Shown: piece by piece, positions 34,801-44,480 of the stretch | How the letters are laid out: each line of letters opens with the position of its first letter | How positions within the stretch are numbered: position 1 is the stretch's first letter | NCBI GenBank assembly: GCA_010909165.1 | Contig: MU008211.1 | Coordinates: 62,001-126,000, forward strand | Source of the DNA: Anthoceros angustus | Lineage: Eukaryota > Plantae > Anthocerotophyta | Direction: 5' to 3' | Length of the DNA: 64,000 nt | Program-made: the position numbers and the translations under genes | Notes under the pieces: model-generated | Seen by the model: the letters and a program-made list of their open reading frames with translations, nothing else | Told to the model about the DNA's origin: nothing | Databases searched by the model: none

Positions 34801-36717
34801 ATCCACCAAGGTGGGTTTCTGCGACGTGGGATCCCAAGAGAAAGTGCCATCCTTTATAGAGACCGCCGGCAGGCCCGGCTGTAGGGGCGGGTTGGGCGCC
34901 AAGACCCTTTCTTCAGCCAGGAACAAGTCCTGCAACCTCTTGAGCGACACCTGGGCGTTCACAACCTGCGTGATCAGGTTGGGAAACATATAAAGCGGGA
35001 ACCTGAGCACAGCGAAGAGCGAAAGGGAAGTGAAGGCCTTGGCAGGGGTGAGCTCCCCGCCAAGCAGCACATACAACCCAAACGCAATAACCGTGACCAG
35101 AACCGGAATACTGTTGAGTAGAAAACTATTAACAGCAGCCAGCATCTGCGCCTTCCTGAACCACCCAATCTCCTGCCCACGAACCCCAGCCACCTTACTC
35201 TGAAAGCTCCTCTCCCACACATAACACTTCACCACATCCATAGCAGCCAGTATCTCATTCATCAGCCCAATGCGCTTGTCCGTGCACTGCAACCCCTCCC
35301 TAGTCAACTTCTGCGACCTCTTGATCACAATCGTCTGCAACGGGAAGAGAAGCAGCAGCACCGACGACCCCACCAGCGACGCCCACCTCAACTGCTGGAA
35401 CAACAACACCACAGACACCAAAATCCGCACCGGGGCGGACCACAGCCCGTGCAGCTGCTGGCAAATCTGCTGCATCGCCTCCGCATCCGTGGTCATTAAA
35501 TTGTTTATCTTCCCAGTGGTGTACCCCCGCCGCCCATTATGCGTCAGCCGCAACGACTTCCTGAAAACCGCAGCCACCAATGACGACCGGATCCGAAACC
35601 CCGTCCGCATCACATTCTGAAAGTACTGCCCCTCCGCCAACACCCCGAGCACCACGCCCACAAAAATGCACGCCGCATACAAATACCCCTCACTCGCGGG
35701 CCCCCCTCTCTGCATGGACTGCAGCAGCAGATTCAGAAAAATCGGACCCACAAACTGCGACGCATCATTCCCCACCTTCCACAGCCCCCCGAGCCAGAAC
35801 CTTCCTCCCAGCGCGCTATTCAGCGCCCTCAGCAGATACGGCCTCGGCGACCTCAACTCCCGCTCCCAGCACTCCCTGAAGTTGGCATACAACGCCTCGC
35901 TCTGGTCCCAACCCTCGAGCTTCCACACATCCTTCTCCGTGATGGGCCGCTGGTGCCCCAGCTTCATCAGCGGTGTCATCCAACTAAAAGTGACCCAAGA
36001 CAGGATTCCCGCTGTCCGCTCGGGGAAGGGCTCCTCCCACCCGGGCGGCCCCGGGAGCTCCTCATACTTCCCGCCCGCCATGGCCGCATACACATCCTCC
36101 GAGGCCACCTGCGAGTACCCCGGGTGCTCCTCCAGCGCGGGGAGATGCAGCAGCAGCAGCAGCGAAAACAACAGCTCCCCAGCACCATACGCCGAGTACA
36201 GACCCACCACGCCGGATTCAAAGAACCCTCTCACCGCGAAGAAGTACTGGAACCTGGTGGCCTGGGCCAGCAGCGCGTACACCACCCCAAACCTGAAGAA
36301 CCACGCAAATTCCCTCACATACACTCTCGCCTCAATCACCAGGGCCGCCAGCACGGCCGCCCAGGAAACCGCGGAGAGGGCTAGGGCGAAAATTTCCGAG
36401 GGCGGCATCCCCTGCTCCCCGTCCTGTGGCGCATTCACGGTGCTCCATCCCAGGGACAGTTCCAGCACGGGGACGGCCAGCAGGATGGCCGCCAGGACCG
36501 CCTTCAATACCTGCGGCAGCAGCGATTTGAGGCGGAAGCGCTTCAGCCCGGGCGCGGAGACCAGGAGGCGGATCCGCCATAGCGCGAGGCAGAGCAGAAC
36601 AGTGTGCGAGGTCCCGAGCACCACGGCGTCCACCAGGCAGGGCGTGAAGCTGCCGAAGCCGTTGGGCAGCTGTGTTGCCCACACGCCCCCGGCCACCGGG
36701 CGGCAGAAGGATGCCAT
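31855..36717 (-). CDS. ABCC2: ABCC (MRP) transporter, ABCC1/ABCC2 (MRP1/2) type, single exon, 1620 aa
   Basis: TMD0-TMD1-NBD1 (GGTGEGKSS, ISGGQKQR)-TMD2-NBD2 (GRTGAGKSS, FSVGQRQL); C-terminal ARWETAAKWALAMSLTSS...QWWAALLRVVDGL typical of MRP1/2. Start taken at MASFCRP (36717); TATAATA ~85 bp upstream. Confidence 0.95.
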   Translation of the reverse strand: MASFCRPVAGGVWATQLPNGFGSFTPCLVDAVVLGTSHTVLLCLALWRIRLLVSAPGLKRFRLKSLLPQVLKAVLAAILLAVPVLELSLGWSTVNAPQDGEQGMPPSEIFALALSAVSWAAVLAALVIEARVYVREFAWFFRFGVVYALLAQATRFQYFFAVRGFFESGVVGLYSAYGAGELLFSLLLLLHLPALEEHPGYSQVASEDVYAAMAGGKYEELPGPPGWEEPFPERTAGILSWVTFSWMTPLMKLGHQRPITEKDVWKLEGWDQSEALYANFRECWERELRSPRPYLLRALNSALGGRFWLGGLWKVGNDASQFVGPIFLNLLLQSMQRGGPASEGYLYAACIFVGVVLGVLAEGQYFQNVMRTGFRIRSSLVAAVFRKSLRLTHNGRRGYTTGKINNLMTTDAEAMQQICQQLHGLWSAPVRILVSVVLLFQQLRWASLVGSSVLLLLFPLQTIVIKRSQKLTREGLQCTDKRIGLMNEILAAMDVVKCYVWERSFQSKVAGVRGQEIGWFRKAQMLAAVNSFLLNSIPVLVTVIAFGLYVLLGGELTPAKAFTSLSLFAVLRFPLYMFPNLITQVVNAQVSLKRLQDLFLAEERVLAPNPPLQPGLPAVSIKDGTFSWDPTSQKPTLVDINLDVPVGSCVAVVGGTGEGKSSLLSAMLCEMPPVATSEAVIRGNVAYVPQVSWIFNATVRDNVLFGLPFDPVRYSRAIKVSALEHDLQLLPGGDLTEIGERGVNISGGQKQRVSIARAVYADADVYLFDDPLSALDAHVAKQVFETCMKEELKGKTIVFATNQLHFLAHVDKVFLVHEGAVREQGTFEELLENGPLFKLLMENAGSLEDAEQEVSMDTNHDAAEGSSPEANLVVLNGGEVTRAPSFSKKPSNKVVETKAKSVLIKTEERETGVISAKVLRRYQAAAGGAWVIAVLFCLYVSAEVVRLSSSAWLSVWTDVSRTKSHSPNFYNAVYAILSFSQVLVTLSNSFWLVFSSLAAARSLHDGMLGAILRAPMSFFHSNPIGRIINRFAKDTGDIDRNVAIFTNMFLSSLFQLMSTFFMIGYVSSLSLWAVLPLLLMFYYAYEYFQATAREVKRLDSVTRSPVYAQFSEALNGLATIRAFKAHDRMAHMNAATMDTNVRYTLVNMSANRWLGIRLEFLGGLMIFVTAFLAVLGTARASNPATFAPQMGLLLSYALNITSLMTGVLRLASVAETSFNAVERVGTYTDIPPEGPLVIEDTRPPPGWPDAGAIEFRDIVLRYRPELPPVLNDLSFSVKPHEKIGIVGRTGAGKSSMMNALFRIVEVEHGQILIDNLVIASIGLADHRRHLGIIPQVPVLFSGTIRFNLDPFSEHSDGDLWEALERAHLKDVVRRNTSGLDMDVSEGGDNFSVGQRQLLSLARALLRRSKILVLDEATAAVDVATDALIQRTIREEFKSCTMLIIAHRLNTIIDSDRILVLDNGQVIEFDTPYNLLAKEDSHFAGMVRSTGAANARHLQQLVLEALEEKREQEARRGQDRDRITARWETAAKWALAMSLTSSNRDLKAFCDAAEGQQETIIERSRDAAKLLQEIMLREHDNEIHEELERRGISEDQWWAALLRVVDGLGGMGRQLRRNLYK

Positions 36718-38340
36718 CTTCTCCTTCCTGTGATCGAGGCCCCCCAGGGCGCGGCTCCGAGCTTGGAGAGGAGACAAGGCTCGAGCAGGCCGCTCCTCCT
36801 TATTATAGACTTCCTTCCACCTCGCCCGGCCCTGTCTTACCTGTCCGCCGCGGGTGCCGCTACCTGTCGTTTTGTCACAATGTGATATGCCACTGCCAGT
36901 TACCATAAAAACGCCACATCAAGAAGGTGCCAACGAACTTTCCGCGATCTCCTCCTCGCGGCAGACTCCAGTCGCCTTTGCTCCATTGGGTGGGGAGTCG
37001 GGAATGCCAAGAACAGCATATTCGCACGTCATGGATCGGGCGCAGCAGGGAACAGGCAAGCGTGGATATTGGTGAGTGTGCGACTCCCTAGTCCCCACTG
37101 TCCTTCTTTACCTACATTCCGAAAGGCCATGCGATTTTGGAGCTTCTTGGTCCAAAAAACATTATCCTAAAAACTTTTATATTCCTGTGTGGTGGCCCGA
37201 GGGGCAAAAATTCTCCCCATAACTTTGGTTGAAGAAGACTATGGTCAACAAGAGCGCCCGCCTGCTGGGCTGGCAGGCGGCCTTCCCTAGTGAAAACTGG
37301 GAAGATCGTCTGCCACTGGGTGGATCTATTTCGAGACACATGCACCGGGGCACCTGGATGACCATGCAGCTGAGGTCCCGAGCCACGGACCACCCCAATT
37401 TTCTTATCTGCCCTTTGCACTAATGTAGGGTGGGCTGTGATGAGTACCTTGTCCTGGGGAGAGGAAGTTGAAAGAAAGCTGATATCCAGGCTCAACCGAG
37501 TGCGTTCTTATTCATGTACCCCATGATTACGGGCTGCTGGCACATGCAGAGCTTGTCAATGCTGTCCACTTTGTGGTTGAAGTATGAGGCTGCTTGTAAG
37601 GAGGCACATTGCTGTCCCAATGGGTGTAACGATGTCATCTTGTTCCTCGTTTCCGACTAGTTAGTGGAAACCACACCCTGATATCCTGGAGCTAGACCTC
37701 TGCGTTGCCTCTCAGCTTATGTATAGACTACATAAGTTGAGTTTATCTTTTGCTGCCTTGATGGTACCTGAAGCCCTGGATCCAGCTGGCCGTCTGGTAG
37801 CAGTACAGAGGCCAACTTAAGGCAGTCGAAAGAGAATCGATGACCAGCTTTAATGAGCGTCCTCATGCCAGGGCGGCAGGTATGCCCAACCTCACCCCTA
37901 GTTCAGGACGGATTGGCTCCAGACTCCTGAGTCTCCCAAGGCCGCGGGACTGTGAGTCGCAATGTGAGGCATTTGCTACATCTGTAAATATTGGCCCATC
38001 TATGTACAGGTCCTGTCATCAGAAGTCGTGAAATCGTGAAGTGACAAGGATGCAGGATACTGTGCCTGGAATCTGGTCGATGCATCACTGGACAGTGATG
38101 ATACAGTACATTACAGCATTGTCATGTTCTCAGCCAAGTCGAATGGTAAGGAGTGACACGAAAGTGCGGACAATATGTCCGCTCATGGGAGAGGTCCATG
38201 TACTGATGTACAAGATACATAGCGGCATGCGGACGGCACCAGAATATTCTGAGTGAGAAACACAGTAGGGAGAGGAGGATGAAGCACCGGAGAAGTTATG
38301 AACATAATATAAATTTAATATTCAGTGAATTATGGAGGGA

Positions 38341-38345
38341 GCGGG

Positions 38346-38388
<43 letters not shown>

Positions 38389-38413
38389 GCGTGTTCGATC
38401 CACGCTCACCGCA
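38341..38413 (+). tRNA. trnF-GAA: tRNA-Phe (GAA), plant cytosolic type
   Basis: GCGGGGATAGCTCAGTTGGGAGAGCGTCAGACTGAAGATCTGAAGGTCGCGTGTTCGATCCACGCTCACCGCA folds as a cloverleaf; AT-rich TATA-like element upstream. Confidence 0.97.
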
Positions 38414-38564
38414 ATAACTCTTTGGATGGAGGCTGTAATTATAGTTCCTCCTCGTGTACGCTTGATAGATTATCACCTTTTACGTGCTTGTTGCTTTACA
38501 TGGAAAATATCACCTCCTGCATGCATGTTGCTTAGCAATACATGGTCTTGGCTTTGACAAGTGC

Positions 38565-38827
38565 TGCTCATTCTCGTGATAGGGTAAACAAACTAGCTCA
38601 AAGCCAAGACCTGCTCATTCTCGTGATAGGGTAAACAAACTAGCTCAAAGCCAAGACCTGCTCATTCTCGTGATAGGGTAAACAAACTAGCTCAAAGCCA
38701 AGACCTGCTCATTCTCGTGATAGGGTAAACAAACTAGCTCAAAGCATAGCGTGATAGGGTAAACAAACTAGCTCAAAGCCAAGACCTGCTCATTCTCGTG
38801 ATAGGGTAAACAAACTAGCTCAAAGCA
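38565..38827. repeat. 47-bp tandem repeat, about 5.5 copies
   Basis: TGCTCATTCTCGTGATAGGGTAAACAAACTAGCTCAAAGCCAAGACC. Confidence 0.95.
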
Positions 38828-38859
38828 TAGGTGCATTCATGCAACGCGCTTCATGCAGC

Positions 38860-39341
38860 CGCATTCTTTGATCTCCATCTACTCCTCCGAGTCCAAAAGC
38901 ATCACTTGTAGCCATGAGTCCAAAAGCATCACTTGTAAAGCGAGTCCAAAAGCACTTTGTAAAGCGCCACGCAGCGCATTCTTTGATCTCCATCTACTCC
39001 TTGGCGAGTCCAAAAGCATCACTTGTAAAGCGGCGAGTCCAAAAGCATCACTTGTAAAGCGGCGAGTCCAAAAGCATCACTTGTAAAGCGGCGAGTCCAA
39101 AAGCATCACTTGTAAAGCGCCACACAGCGCATTCTTTGATCTCCATCTACTCCTTGGCGAGTCCAAAAGCATCACTTGCAAAGGCACCATGCAACGCGCT
39201 CTTTGGCGCACCACGCAGCGCATTCTTTGATCTCCATCTACTCCTTGGCGAGTCCAAAAGCATCACTTGTAAAGCGCCACGCAGCACATTCTTTGATCTT
39301 CATCTGCTCCTTGGCGAGTCCAAAAGCATCACTTGCAAAGC
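38860..39341. repeat. Composite minisatellite of two alternating modules
   Basis: GAGTCCAAAAGCATCACTTGTAAAGCG interspersed with GCATTCTTTGATCTCCATCTACTCCTTGGC. Confidence 0.92.
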
Positions 39342-40348
39342 AGCTGCATCCTATGGAATACCGATCTCGTCACGGGGCAGGGTTTGTGTGACAAGTTTTT
39401 TTTCTCCAATATTCTACATGAAGATGCCCTAGCATCTTCAAGATTCCTTCGTCACATACGGGCCACATCAGCGCACGATGGGCCGTAGGTGCCACAAAGT
39501 TTTTTTGTCTCGCAACTTGCCCCCTCGTGTTCCGATCTCGTCATCTAATTTTTTTTTCTGCCATTTAGGGTTTTTGTCAAACACACATACTCATGTTTAG
39601 GGTTTGCCTGCACCACACATGGACATATATGTCGGATCGGACATGTCTCTGGCCCGGTGGAAGCCCCCGACTGTGGGCATGTTAGTCGTTGAAGACTGTG
39701 TTTCTCTCTCATCGTTGCGCGTGGCCCCAAATGTTAGCATGGAACATGTTCAAGTCGGTGTTTTCCCCATCGTGCATCTGGTGTGCGTGCCAAACAAGGT
39801 GGCCAACCAAGCTAATGTCTACGGATGCAAATTGTGCAAAGCTTCCTCCCTCTCGCCGCTTCTTCTATGAAACCAAACACGAGTGCATGAAGGAAACCCG
39901 TTCAAAGCCGGCATTACATCTCTCGAGGTGCTTCACAGTCTCCTCCTCATCAAGCTCATCAAACAGGGCAATGACACAGCATCCTCCAAATCCATTTTTT
40001 GTCCTAACAGAGAGCATCCATGCACTAGCCAATCAAGGGCTTGCACAACACATCCCACCAACATCGAACCCAGAACTACCGCATGCTGCCATTCAACAAA
40101 AAAAGTCTCCAACATAGTATGCGCTCACACCTCATGGTGGGAGCGCTCACAATCAAAAAAACACTTCTCCCTACGCCCCAGTCAGTCCCGGAAGAGCATG
40201 AGAGCAGGCCCGCCATCCTCCTGTGCTCTGGAACTTGGCTCCTCATCGGGCAGACTTGGATTCGCCTTTGTCTGATGGGAGGGGGCCGAATGTCCTCCAG
40301 AACCAAACATGGAGGTGCACCAGTTGTGTGGCGGGGCCAAGTAGCCGC

Positions 40349-40897
40349 CTATCCACAGAGCTTGGAGGCGAGGTGCATGCCCGGCACTAATGGGAAGGGA
40401 GGGGGACCCCGGAAACTGGAAGGCGTGGCGGGGGGGATAGTAGACGGAGAGGGAGGATGTCCACCAGCAGCAAACGTACCTGGAGTATGGCCGGATGCTA
40501 TGGAGGATGCGGCCATGGCTGCATTCTTGTACTCCATGAACGCAGCCGCTGTGGCATTTCCCCCTGGCTGCGTGGTAGGCCCGGTCGTGGGGGTCCTGTC
40601 CATCACTCCCTCCATGTCGGTGCAGTGGACCCTGAGGTCCCGCACCTTCTCCACCACTTCAAGGAGAAGGTTGATGGCGCCCGTCATGGCTGCTTCGATT
40701 GCAACTGCAATCGTCTTCGTCGTCGCTACCATACCCCAGAGCTCCATTAGAGCTGGAACCTCATCCTTGTTGCGGCCTTGGGAGGTGGCCCCCTCCCCAC
40801 TGGTGCTGGCCCCATTCACGCCTCGCGGCCGAAGCATCGGGGTTCGCCCCTCCGGCACTCTCCGCCCGGCATGTTCGCCTTTGCCTGCCGGTGCCAA
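40349..40897 (-). CDS. Putative gag-like N-terminal ORF of the LTR family (truncated)
   Basis: 182-codon ORF starting right after LTR + TGGCAC..; helical segment (AINLLLEVVEKVRDLRV) then Pro-rich; no diagnostic motif. Confidence 0.35.
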   Translation of the reverse strand: MAPAGKGEHAGRRVPEGRTPMLRPRGVNGASTSGEGATSQGRNKDEVPALMELWGMVATTKTIAVAIEAAMTGAINLLLEVVEKVRDLRVHCTDMEGVMDRTPTTGPTTQPGGNATAAAFMEYKNAAMAASSIASGHTPGTFAAGGHPPSPSTIPPATPSSFRGPPPFPLVPGMHLASKLCG

Positions 40898-40899
40898 AA

Positions 40900-41283
40900 T
40901 GTGGAGTGTGAACTTGTGTCTAGAGACACCATGAGGTCCACATTCACCCTCAATGTCGTTGTAGGCCTAGGATTCGCTCCCAAGGGAATGGTTTGTGCCA
41001 AGAGACGCTTCTTCTCGCTCGACCTTCCTAGGTCGGACTTACCCTGTGCTCCTCCTATCTACTCATTACTACTACCTCAGGCTTGTCCAGCTACCACAGA
41101 TCTTATTCCCCGACCACATATCTTATTCCACAACCCCCGTTCCCGAGCTACTACCACGGTGGCCCTCACCACTACCGGGTAGTTGCTACAACTATCGAGG
41201 TGGGTCCCACACCAAACCCTAGCAACTTATTTCTGGCGCACGGCGCCGCGGGCTCCTATCACGGGTGGCTATCTCTGCTCACA
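40900..41283 (-). repeat. 5' LTR of the TGTGGAGTG family, with PBS-like TTTTGGCACCGGCAGG downstream
   Basis: Reverse-complement homology to 25131-25524; ends CACACTCCACA followed by TTTTGGCAC on minus. Confidence 0.7.
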
Positions 41284-42879
41284 GATCAAGTATTAGGGAA
41301 CTGGACGGAAGGCGTCACGCAGTCGAGGCCGTTAGGCCGAACCGTTTAGGCCGGTGCGCCCGACGCGTCCGCCTCGGGCGTGAGCGCCAGTGCGGGGCCG
41401 AGACGCGCGCCCCACTGACCGCAGACCCGAGGCGATAGCCGAGGTCCGTGAGTACTAAGAGTCAAGGCCTATCCACCCGCTATAACTCTCCTTTCTCTCT
41501 TCTCGGTAGGGAAGTCACGCTTGGCATGAAGTCCGGAGGTGTGTTGGTGTAAGTGGAGCTTGGCATCCGGCTCAAGACTTGGACGAGCTCCTTTTCCTTA
41601 ATTTTGTCCGTGTGATGTTGGGAACGACGTGCTCTGCGACCAATTGGAATTTCTTGGCTGTCTTGTGGTAAAAGCCGACGCACTTGAACACGCCTCCCAT
41701 CCTGCACTCCAAAGAGCTGCAATTTCCATGTCCCGCAAACTCACCGCTTGCAAGAATGTTCGCTCAATATGAGCGGAGCATCAATCACGGGAAGAAGCGA
41801 CCACCGGAGAATGGACACCACCACCTCATATTCTTGCCTTCTTCAACCCGTGCAAGATCGACAATTGCTCCCGATTTCCGCTTGGGAGGTTGGATTGATG
41901 GCGGAGTACCGGCTCCATATCCAACTCGACGAATGGGAAGTTTGCCCCGGTGAGGAAATTGGGTAGTCCACATATTGAAGCATGGACCATGGCGTGTTAC
42001 GAACCTCAAATTCGCCAGAAGCAAGATTCCTTCTCGGAATCCTTGTTGCGCTGCCTCGATGCGGAGTCGGCCAGTCCGGATTTGGCTTTTCCAGAGCTTG
42101 CTCCGCTCGCACGCGGAAGGTGTGATCTTTGTCGAGTTCCCCGTCTCGATGTTCCGCGCATCTCCTCCACATCTTTGAGGACGCCGGCGGCGGGCTAAGG
42201 CGGAGGAGAAGGCGTGTGGCAGACCCACAACCTCCGAGGAGCGGAGGCGCAGAAGATGGCAATACATGGCTCGCCGGTAATCATCGCAGGGATGAATTGG
42301 AATGGCAAAATGTCCGGCCTTCGCTTCACCGCCGGTTGAGGAGGCCGAGGTGGCCGCCCGTGGTGAAGCCCGCTGAGTCTGGAATCGCTACAATGAGGCG
42401 AAGCGTCATGTTCAACCCTATCGCGCTTCCTCTCCTCAATGCCTCGCACGGCTCTAACATAGCTCATCCGCTTGAAAGGTGATAATTGTGGATTCGATGG
42501 ACACACGAAGTGATGCAAGCGGGAAGGTAAATCGAGGACCGAGTCGCCATCGGATTACATATTCTAAGCGCATGGTCGCCAGCTCGCTGGCAGAAAGTAC
42601 CAGCCTGTGACGGGAATATAGCTTGCGCCCCCGAATCGCAGAAGATGACAAAGGTCCAATCGCCAATATCTTGAAGCAACAAAGCTCGCTCAATGACGCT
42701 AAGCAAAGCCGAGGCTTGATTTGACCACCGAGAAGACTTCAACAACCTTCTCACAAAGACAGACCCAAGGAAGTAGTGTCTCCATTCGGTGACTGTGGAT
42801 GTCTTGCTTTATGGCGTCGTACTCGACCGGATCACCTCCTGAACGACTCCACATCCGCCCCGCTGCTCAAACCGTGCCT

Positions 42880-44480
42880 CCGCAGTACCGCAGAATCGAG
42901 GTTTGTCAAGTAAGGCGGCAAGAAACTTTTCCGCTCTTGGCAAACCTTTCAAGCCTCGCGCGGGCCATCTCGCCAGTTCGAGATAGTTCACCTCGTCATG
43001 AAAGGAGGCCACTTTGAAGTAAGGATACGGTCGATTTCCAGGGGCTGGCTACCGACTTACCGAGTGGCAAAATGCAGCCGGTAGATGCTCTTACACCTGG
43101 TCGGGGTTGGGTGAACATGTCCGAGAGCTTGTGAAGTGGTGTCGCGGGGCTTCGCCGTGGATCAATCTTGAGGTCGTTGCTGAAAGTGTAGTTGAGTCCC
43201 ATGAGTTCCATTCCACCACATTGACCGCTGTCATGTGAGATGATTCCATGGTTTGCACGCAGCATCGCTTTCACGCAAATCCAGAGACAGATGCGTCCTT
43301 GGGATCCACAGGCTGCCAGACGTTGCAATCCCTGAAGGAAGGATAACTCTGTTAGGAAAAATGGGACACACATGTCTGCGTCGGTGGTATCTCTGGGAGT
43401 GAGTACGTACCTGAAGCGGATTCCCCTCACAGAGCCGTAGATAGAACCGGACATCGATCTTTTTTGCTCGAATGTGCCAGCCGTGAGCACAGCAATAGAT
43501 ATTGATGAGTCTTTGGAGCTAGTTGCAATCTGGCCTTGGAACTCATGCATGGAAAAGATGCCACCGTCGTGGAGCTCCGTAGTTTCAGCCATCACACGAG
43601 GAAGAGCTGCTTGCTGCTTGTTGATGTCGCACAGCACAACTCTTCTATCATTGGAGCTGGACAACAACTGAGTTGCATAACCCTGGCAGCAATGCTCTGT
43701 TAGAAAGACCTCGAGGGCAACATATGAAACTCACTCACGAAAGCGGGACCGAGAAACTCACGGTTGCGTAGATAGAAACTGAACATGAGACATCCATCTG
43801 CACCTCCTTTCCGGACAATAATGGCGAGATCTCTTCCTCCTGTCCTCTCCCGGGCAACACGCTGATCCAAACACGGCAATCCTGCCTTGGTGTCCAGCAG
43901 TGACAAGCGGCGGCGGAATCTGCTCACCGGAAGAGTGCATCCATCGTGTATATCCTAGTCGGGGCGAATCAACATAATTTTCTCCCCGGTAAATCCAAAA
44001 ATCTTTCTTTCCAGCATTACTCCTGCTGACGAAAACCTCCCCTCACTGCGGTAACATCTTCCACGAGCCGTGAGGCTCCACCGCCTTGGTCCTTGCCACA
44101 CAGCCTGCGGAAGTTGACCGCCCGGGATGTCGGGTGGGCGTTTCAACTCTTAGACATGGGCGGTCCTCCAGCGCTAAATGGATGAGTTACTGCGCTCACG
44201 CGAAACTCCTGCACGCATTCATCACATAGGGTCGCTACTAGAATAGCCACCGCTGCATAAGACCAACCACAAAGACGGCACTAAGCGTCCCGTCACCAAA
44301 GCTCTTTCCCAATCCTCCGTAGCATGGGCAGCACCCAACCCATCTTTCCTTTCCTCGACATTCAAGCACCGGGTAGCTTGCTGCCTCTCAAAAATGACTC
44401 TCCTTTCTCCACCACGACCACGGACACGAGAAGGCGGTGACGGTTCAGCAAGATGGCGAATCTGCACGAGCATCACACAA
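42880..44480 (-). pseudogene. WD40-repeat protein gene, frameshifted and with stops
   Basis: LVTAGHQGRIAVFG, SHVQFL, LSSSNDRRVVLCDINK, HDGGIFSMHE..IATSSKDSSI, LAACGSQGRICLW, GHVHP..CKSIYR; one intron-like segment at ~43330-43410. Confidence 0.6.

Noticed and set aside
35666-36733. 355-aa + strand ORF and other ORFs overlapping the ABCC gene
   Set aside because: Antisense shadows caused by high GC3; no independent motifs
38565-39341. CRISPR-like array
   Set aside because: Repeats are contiguous or separated by other repeated modules; there are no unique spacers and no cas genes, and the context is eukaryotic
41300-42860. Protein-coding gene
   Set aside because: Several 60-160-aa ORFs on both strands with no recognisable motif or consistent splicing; left unassigned
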